From: Coprobacillaceae bacterium
Lineage (GTDB): Bacteria > Bacillota_I > Bacilli_A > Erysipelotrichales > Coprobacillaceae
Direction of reading: 5' to 3'
DNA: 32,000 nt
NCBI GenBank assembly: GCA_963675915.1
Contig: OY780959.1
Span: 990,001 to 1,022,000, forward strand
Both the position numbers and the translations under genes were made by a program. Shown one piece after another: positions 26,638-32,000 of the stretch (position 1 is the first letter of the stretch; each line of letters begins with the position of its first letter). The notes beneath the pieces were generated by a model that was not told the DNA's origin, did no database searches, and worked only from the letters and a program-made list of their open reading frames with translations.

Positions 26638-26783
26638 CAGGCGATTATTTTCTTTCTCCTCTAAAACATCATTTCAAATAAACTGAATATCCCATTCAAT
26701 TAATTTGAAGAACATCAAAAAAGGACCAAAAGAAGGCCCATATAATTTGAAGAATCATCCATCAAATAAATTGACTAGCTACA

Positions 26784-27433
26784 GTAATAGAGGTTTTAAT
26801 GTCAATCATAAGAAAGTGCTGCGGCTGATGAGTAAAATGAATCTATGGGCTAAGGTAAGAAGAAAACGAAAATATTCTTCTTATAAGGGGACAATTGGAA
26901 AGATTGCCGATAATCTAATATCTCGTAAATTTCATTCTGAAAAACCAAATCAAAAATGGTATACTGATGTTACTGAATTCAACATAAAAGGTGAAAAGTT
27001 GTACTTGTCACCGATACTTGATGGGTATAATCAGGAAATTATATCATACAACATTTCAAAATCACCAAATCTAAATCAAATATATGACATGCTTGACAAG
27101 GCGTATGAAAAATTTGATGATCTTAAAGGCTTAATATTTCATTCTGACCAAGGCTGGCAATATCAGCATAATAGTTATCAAAAATCATTAAACGAGAGAG
27201 AAATACGACAAAGCATGTCTAGAAAAGGTAACAGTTTGGACAATGGTTTAATGGAAAATTTCTTTGGTATTTTGAAAACAGAAATGTTCTACGGGCAAGA
27301 GCAGGAGTTTAAAACTGTAGACGATCTTGGTGTAGCTATAGATAAATATATTGAATATTACAACAATGATAGGATCAAGGTCAAACTAAAAGGATTGAGC
27401 CCTGTAAAATACAGAATTCAATCCATTGAATAA
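26784..27433 (+). pseudogene. IS3/IS150-type OrfB, C-terminal fragment (DDE core)
   Basis: It resumes RGFNVNHKKVLRLMSKMNL...WYTDVTEF...HSDQGWQY...GNSLDNGLMENFFGILKTE. The first 26 aa of ORF-track ORF 26705.. are read from the transposon end. Confidence 0.8.
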
Positions 27434-27478
27434 AACAATATAAAATTATGTCTAAATAATTGGGTTCACATCAGTTTG

Positions 27479-29239
27479 TTACCGTCTTGGGATTCCTTTT
27501 TTGAGGCCCTTGATCTCCTTCGTGGTCAATTGACGCAGGTATGTTGGCAGTTCCTTATTGTAGGGTAGTAGTTTTCTAATTTCTTCTTCATCAGTAGGAT
27601 CGATTCCCGGAAGACGTTCCAGTACGTACGTCATGTACATGTACGGTGACAGCTTGTTTTCCTGGGCGCTCAACAGTATCGAATAGATTATCGCTGCGGC
27701 TTGCGCTCCTTTGGGGCTTGTATAGAATTTACATCGATTCCTTGATACGACAAACGGTCTGATAGCTCGCTCCGTGCTTGAATTGTCGAATGGAACTTTC
27801 GGGTTATTGAATACCTCGCTGAATTCCTTTTCGTGGTTCATTAGATATTTGATTGCCTTAAGCAAGGTTGGTTTCATATTAACTTCGGGCAACAGGATTA
27901 TTTCTTTAAGGTACGCTAAAAACTTATCGTAGATTGGCTTTACGACATCATTTCGGCCCTTATGAATATATTGGAAATATTTATCCTGGTTCTTTGAGTA
28001 TTTTCCCTTAGCAGCCGTTTCAATCTTGTTCTTGGCTTCGAATACTTTTTTGTAATATCGGTAGCAAGTGTATTCGTAGCTTTGATTTTTATCGGTTCCT
28101 TTTGGCAGCACATCCAAGGCTTCCCGGAAATAGCGAAAGGCATGAACGTGGCAAAAACAGTTGGTGACATTTTCAAGTGACTCGTAGACGCCGTAAGCAT
28201 CGGTTACCAGGTAGTGGGAGTAATCACCGATGAAATCCTCAGCTACCCGTTTTGAACGACTAGGATCATAACGGTACAAGATTATCGGCGCCTCATATTG
28301 GCAACTTCTCATGACCCACATGAAGGATTTGCTTTGCACTGGTTTGCCGTCTTCCTTTAGAACCTGGGTGGTGGTTTCATCGCAGTGGATCACTTCCATG
28401 GACAACAAGTCCTTGTGCATGCACTCAAACAACAGGTTAAGATGAACCGATGCCTTGATCATCCAGTTGGCCATATTCTGTCTAGGGATGACGATGTCAT
28501 TTTCAAGGAAACGTTTTTCCTGAGCAGCCAGTGGCAAACCCTTTAAATATTTCATGTCCATTATAGTTGCAATCAGTGATGGCGATGCAATGCTTCCCTT
28601 GATAACCGGTTGTCTTCCAGGAACTTTCTTGTAAGATGATTTACCTTCCAAGTTGTGTTCCTGACAAGCAACACATTCGTATACCGGTGTACGGTAAATA
28701 TTCAATTCAACTTTGGCGGGTGTATAGACAAGTTCTTTTCTTTCATCGTATTTTTTGATTGTCATAGTTGTACCACAAAGATCGCAAACGTCGAAACCAT
28801 CAGGAGTTTCTTCTGTAATTATATTGGTTTTGAGATGGTCATAATTGATATGTTTTTCTTTGGGGATTCTAACTTTTCTTTTGTAACCTTTGATTTCCGT
28901 AGTTTCGAATTCTTCGGTTTCAGTAGCATTATCAAAATCAACACCAATTAGACTAAACAGATCAGGACCTTGGTTATATTCCTTAATATTGTTGCGTTGG
29001 GAGCTGTAGCGGGCGTTTTCCAATAATTTGATGTATTCGTTTTTCTGTTGTAGTTCAAGTTTGCGTTCTTTGATTTCAGCTGCCATTTTATCAATATCGG
29101 CAGACAAATGCTTCTTTTCTCTAATAAGTTTTTCTTTTGAAATACGGTCGGATTCGATTTTTGCATAGAGTTCCTGCTCACGTTTTTTGAACGCTTCGAT
29201 AAGCTCTTCTTTTGTCATATCTTCCATCAATTTGATCAC
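27479..29239 (-). CDS. tnpC: IS66 TnpC DDE transposase
   Basis: 586 aa with an N-terminal coiled coil, a zinc finger (CDLCG...CVACQ) and an IS66 core (HCDETTTQVL...SFMWVMRS...VTDAYGVY...CFCHVHAFRYF). Confidence 0.9.
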   Translation of the reverse strand: MIKLMEDMTKEELIEAFKKREQELYAKIESDRISKEKLIREKKHLSADIDKMAAEIKERKLELQQKNEYIKLLENARYSSQRNNIKEYNQGPDLFSLIGVDFDNATETEEFETTEIKGYKRKVRIPKEKHINYDHLKTNIITEETPDGFDVCDLCGTTMTIKKYDERKELVYTPAKVELNIYRTPVYECVACQEHNLEGKSSYKKVPGRQPVIKGSIASPSLIATIMDMKYLKGLPLAAQEKRFLENDIVIPRQNMANWMIKASVHLNLLFECMHKDLLSMEVIHCDETTTQVLKEDGKPVQSKSFMWVMRSCQYEAPIILYRYDPSRSKRVAEDFIGDYSHYLVTDAYGVYESLENVTNCFCHVHAFRYFREALDVLPKGTDKNQSYEYTCYRYYKKVFEAKNKIETAAKGKYSKNQDKYFQYIHKGRNDVVKPIYDKFLAYLKEIILLPEVNMKPTLLKAIKYLMNHEKEFSEVFNNPKVPFDNSSTERAIRPFVVSRNRCKFYTSPKGAQAAAIIYSILLSAQENKLSPYMYMTYVLERLPGIDPTDEEEIRKLLPYNKELPTYLRQLTTKEIKGLKKGIPRR

Positions 29240-29386
29240 TTGAATCCACCTCTTTCCACTAGTGGCATTGTAGCATAAAAAGCCCTGAAAGTCTTGATTT
29301 CACGGCAATTTATAAAAGATGTGAATAACTTCAAAAGGCAAAAGATAAACCCACAAATAAATGTGAATTAATCTTATGCGTAGGGG

Positions 29387-29746
29387 CTATATCATTACTG
29401 AAATGTCCTTGAATGCCCGTTTCTGTTCAATTGCCAATCCATCAAGCAACCAACTCAACTGACGGATGTCAACAACCATTGAAGTGATATCTTCATCACC
29501 CTTGGGCCAGAAGAACTTATCTTTATTAAGCAGCTTCTTGGAGTGGATGACAAATCCGTTCTTGTCGAACTCCAGCATCTTGATGCTTTTCTTGGATCTG
29601 TTGCAAAAGATGTACAGGTTATTGGCGGTGGGGTCAAGATACAGGCTGTGGGATACAATCGCGCTTAACCCGGCGTAGCTTTTCCTAAGATCAGTTGCCC
29701 CAGGAACCAAATAGATATTGTCGAAGTCTTCAAACCTAAGCTTCAT
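29387..29746 (-). CDS. tnpB: IS66 Orf2 (TnpB of IS66, not the IS605 type)
   Basis: 119 aa: IYLVPGATDLRKSYAGLSAIV...LYIFCNRSKKSIKMLEFDKNGF...RQLSWLLDGL. Confidence 0.9.
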   Translation of the reverse strand: MKLRFEDFDNIYLVPGATDLRKSYAGLSAIVSHSLYLDPTANNLYIFCNRSKKSIKMLEFDKNGFVIHSKKLLNKDKFFWPKGDEDITSMVVDIRQLSWLLDGLAIEQKRAFKDISVMI

Positions 29747-30098
29747 TGATCATACCTATCAGTTTAGTCAGAGTTTCCAAGTCTGTCGAGTCGTCAACCG
29801 AAATAGTAGCCTTGCCAATATTGACATCGAACCCCTTGGAAACAACTTTACTGTTGCAATCAACAATATCCAGCCTGACAAGAGCTGTAGTAAATCCAGA
29901 ATCCTTAACTTCATCTCTTGAGCGATTCAAATATGGCTTAGAATACTTGTGGTAGCAAAAAGCATTGTACGAAACATCGTTAGCCAAACACCATTTTTTA
30001 ATGGTCAGATCACTATTGGCAGCCTCAGTAAATATCACCTGCCACTGATCATCAGAATAATTCAAATCATCACACCTCCAATTCGATGTGATAATCAT
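29736..30098 (-). CDS. tnpA: IS66 Orf1 (TnpA, HTH)
   Basis: ...QWQVIFTEAANSDLTIKKWCLANDVSYNAFCYHK... The true start may be TTG at 30065, after GGAGGTG. Confidence 0.8.
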   Translation of the reverse strand: MIITSNWRCDDLNYSDDQWQVIFTEAANSDLTIKKWCLANDVSYNAFCYHKYSKPYLNRSRDEVKDSGFTTALVRLDIVDCNSKVVSKGFDVNIGKATISVDDSTDLETLTKLIGMINEA

Positions 30099-30232
30099 AC
30101 CATCAATGAACTCGACAACCTACCACCGCTCTATTTGACGCATACAATGTAAGCGTCAAATAGATGACACGTTTTAAAATTTAGTGCCTCGGGTTATAAT
30201 TTCGTTGTAAGTTATAACAGGAGGTACTTTTT

Positions 30233-30526
30233 ATGAATGCTCAAGAGCGTTATGATTATTGGAATGGTCTAGTTAAAAATTGGCGGATTTCCGGGAAATC
30301 CATTAGCCGTTGGTGCATGGAAAATGGGATCAACAAGAATTCGTTTTATAAATGGCGTAAGATCATTGATACTGATGAACTCAGCCAACCGGTTAAGTCT
30401 GATGGCCGTTTCTTCGCCCCGGTATTGATTGACAATCCCACCAGGAAGATTACAATCACTGTCAACGATGTGGAACTGACATTTGATGAGTCTCTGCTTT
30501 GTAAAGTGATTGGGGCTATCAAATGA
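30233..30526 (+). CDS. tnpA: IS66 Orf1 (TnpA)
   Basis: 97 aa with an HTH, ISGKSISRWCMENGINKNSFYKWRK. An AGGAGG RBS precedes the start. Confidence 0.85.
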   Translation: MNAQERYDYWNGLVKNWRISGKSISRWCMENGINKNSFYKWRKIIDTDELSQPVKSDGRFFAPVLIDNPTRKITITVNDVELTFDESLLCKVIGAIK

Positions 30527-30882
30527 TTATCAACACTGATGATGTCAAACATATTTATCTTGCCACTGGACATGTCGACATGCGCAAGTCAATCGATGGT
30601 TTGTCTTTGATAGTGGCCATGGAGTTTGATTTGGATGTGATGAACGGCAGCTTGTTCATTTTTGTCAACCGGGCTCGCAACAGGATGAAGATTCTTTATT
30701 ACGAAAATGGTGGGTTTTGGCTGTTTCTCAAACGGCTTGAAAGCGGAAAGTTCAAGGTTCGTGAAGATGAGAATTCAAACACCAGAGTCATTGATGAAAG
30801 ACAGTTTCGCTGGTTGCTCGAGGGCCTTGAAATCGATCAAAAATATGCATTTAAAAACATGGAAAATCGGCTTATTATCTAG
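30523..30882 (+). CDS. tnpB: IS66 Orf2 (TnpB of IS66)
   Basis: IYLATGHVDMRKSIDGLSLIV...LFIFVNRARNRMKILYYENGGFWLFLKRLE...RQFRWLLEGL. It overlaps the tnpA stop (ATGA). Confidence 0.9.
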   Translation: MIINTDDVKHIYLATGHVDMRKSIDGLSLIVAMEFDLDVMNGSLFIFVNRARNRMKILYYENGGFWLFLKRLESGKFKVREDENSNTRVIDERQFRWLLEGLEIDQKYAFKNMENRLII

Positions 30883-30914
30883 TAACTTGGCCGATTTTTT
30901 GGTATAATCTAGAT

Positions 30915-32000
30915 ATGAAAAATACCGTTAATATCAAGAAAATGTCACGTGAGGAATTAGAAAAATCCTACATGGCTTTACATACAAAAGTAGAACAATT
31001 ATCTCAAGAGAACAGCTGGTACAAGGAACAGGTCAGACTGCAGCAGAAGAAATTGTTTGGTCAATCGTCTGAAAAAGTTCATGTTGATCAGTTGTCTTTG
31101 TTTGATGAGATTGAATTTGAATCAACACCGATCAATGATGAATCAAATATCACCGAAGTAAAATCTCATAAGCGCAAAAAGAAATCAAGAATTATGGATT
31201 TGGATTCCTTGAAGAACACTACGATTGATTATGTTTTGAGTGCTGATGAAAAGGTTTGTCCTAAATGCAATCATGAATTGCATGAGATGTCGAAAAAAGT
31301 TCGCAAAGAACTTATTTTCGTTCCTGCCAAAGTGGAAGTGATTAATCATGTCGAACACATCTACAGCTGCCGCAATTGCGAGAAGAACGACATCGAAGCA
31401 ACCATTATCAAAGCTAATGGACCAACGCCATTGATCAGCGGTAGCATTGCTTCAGCTTCACTGGTGGCAAATATCATCAATGACAAGTATGTCAAATCGT
31501 TGCCGTTATACCGTCAGGAAGTTTCCTATCAAAGAATGAGGATCAATCTGAATCGTCAGAACATGTCAAACTGGCTGATCAGGGTATCAAATAACTACTT
31601 CAAACCATTGATTGACTACATGTATAAACAGCTGATGAAGGCCCAGTATATCAATGCCGATGAGACCAGCGTCCAAGTGCTACATGAACCAGGTAAAGCG
31701 GCATCATCGAAATCATACATGTGGGTCTATATGACTGGCAGAAGCGAAGCCAATCAATACGTACTGTTTAACTACGAGCCAAGCCGCGCCCATAAGCACG
31801 CCGTTAATTACCTTGAAGATTTCAAAGGAGTTTTGATATCAGACGGTTACCAGGCATATGACAAAGTCGAAGGTGTAACTCAGGCAGGTTGTTGGGCTCA
31901 TGCTAGAAGGAAATTCAAAGAAGCTTTGGATCTGGTTCCTAAAAATGTCAATCTTGAGTCTACCGAGACATATAAATGTTTCGCAATGATCAACGAGCTG
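30915..32000 (+). CDS. tnpC: IS66 TnpC transposase, 3' end beyond the window
   Basis: The frame is open from ATG 30915 to the window end. It has a coiled coil, a zinc finger (CPKCN...CRNCE), and ...NADETSVQVLHEPGK...SYMWVYMTG...ISDGYQAYD.... Confidence 0.85.
   Translation, partial: MKNTVNIKKMSREELEKSYMALHTKVEQLSQENSWYKEQVRLQQKKLFGQSSEKVHVDQLSLFDEIEFESTPINDESNITEVKSHKRKKKSRIMDLDSLKNTTIDYVLSADEKVCPKCNHELHEMSKKVRKELIFVPAKVEVINHVEHIYSCRNCEKNDIEATIIKANGPTPLISGSIASASLVANIINDKYVKSLPLYRQEVSYQRMRINLNRQNMSNWLIRVSNNYFKPLIDYMYKQLMKAQYINADETSVQVLHEPGKAASSKSYMWVYMTGRSEANQYVLFNYEPSRAHKHAVNYLEDFKGVLISDGYQAYDKVEGVTQAGCWAHARRKFKEALDLVPKNVNLESTETYKCFAMINEL

Larger units (their letters stand above)
23471..26783 (+). 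mobile_element. Compact Mu/Tn552-superfamily transposon (3313 bp): Zn-ribbon protein, DDE transposase, AAA+ ATPase and a small ORF
   Basis: The termini are TGT...ACA. The 24-bp inverted repeats match 22/24: TGTAGCTAG(C/T)CA(T/A)TTTATTTGATG. A perfect 6-bp direct repeat GTAATA lies at 23465-23470 and 26784-26789. Both ends carry reiterated TTTGATG...TTCTTCAAATT boxes. Confidence 0.85.
22710..27471 (+). mobile_element. IS3-family (IS150-like) element, about 1.44 kb originally, itself interrupted by a Mu/Tn552-like transposon
   Basis: The inverted repeats are T(T/G)TGAACC...ATTATTT(G/A)GACA at 22710- and in rc ending at 27471. The direct repeat CAG lies at 22707-22709 and 27472-27474, within a longer CAGTTTG match, so the ends are uncertain by about 4 nt. 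Confidence 0.7.
22646..30145 (-). mobile_element. IS66-family element (about 2.73 kb originally) expanded to 7.5 kb by a nested insertion in its 3' non-coding end
   Basis: A perfect 23-bp terminal inverted repeat, GTATGCGTCAAATAGAGCGGTGG, lies at 22646-22668 and in rc at 30123-30145. tnpA, tnpB and tnpC are intact at 27479-30098. An IS3 is inserted just after the tnpC stop. Confidence 0.8.
30149..32000 (+). mobile_element. Second, divergent IS66-family element (left end and most genes); continues beyond the window
   Basis: The canonical IS66 terminus GTAAGCGTCAAATAG starts at 30149, followed by tnpA, tnpB and tnpC in the usual order. Confidence 0.85.

Noticed and set aside
26705-26783. The apparent N-terminus (MKNIKKGPKEGPYNLKNHPSNKLTSYS) of ORF 26705..27433.
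   Set aside because: These codons are read through the right end of the Mu/Tn552-like transposon. The genuine IS3 orfB sequence resumes only after the TSD at 26784.
29387-30882. The IS66 tnpB genes as RNA-guided TnpB nucleases, which would imply an omega-RNA.
   Set aside because: IS66 Orf2 (about 119 aa) is unrelated to the IS200/IS605 TnpB family of about 400 aa. There is no RuvC-type domain and no reason to expect a guide RNA.

Overview
The window has two very different halves, and the genes look Firmicutes-like. No rRNA, tRNA or CRISPR array was seen.

(1) Positions 1-12.6 kb are a cell-surface glycan (EPS/CPS/O-antigen-type) locus. It holds two GT2 glycosyltransferases, an acyltransferase-3 O-acyltransferase and a GNAT acetyltransferase. 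It also has a Wzx-type flippase and a DegT-type aminotransferase next to an FdtA/QdtA-type 3,4-ketoisomerase, which is the dTDP-3-acetamido-3,6-dideoxyhexose branch. A secreted CE4 polysaccharide deacetylase carries four 276-bp tandem repeat modules. A WbaP/CpsE-type initiating phosphoglycosyl transferase completes the set. A 1.5-kb stretch without credible ORFs (7.55-9.1 kb) splits the locus.

(2) Positions 12.6-16 kb hold decayed host genes: a lipoprotein SH3-amidase pseudogene and a BceB/FtsX-type ABC permease cut off by an IS.

(3) Positions 16.0-32.0 kb are a pile-up of insertion sequences with no intact host gene. I reconstruct at least eight elements from four families, nested up to three deep, and most junctions are supported by target-site duplications (TSDs) whose removal restores the reading frame. 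They are:
- a truncated IS21 element
- a 34-bp IS3 fragment
- a 5.5-kb IS3-family element split by an intact IS3 (TSD AGT) and an intact IS21 (TSD CTTGT)
- an IS66 element stretched to 7.5 kb by an IS3 (TSD CAG)
- a 3.3-kb Mu/Tn552-type transposon (TSD GTAATA) inserted in that IS3
- a second IS66, head-to-head with the first

The most novel-looking unit is the compact four-gene Mu/Tn552-like transposon at 23471-26783. I found no defence, toxin or metabolic system beyond these. All calls rest on hand translation and motif recognition; no database search was run.
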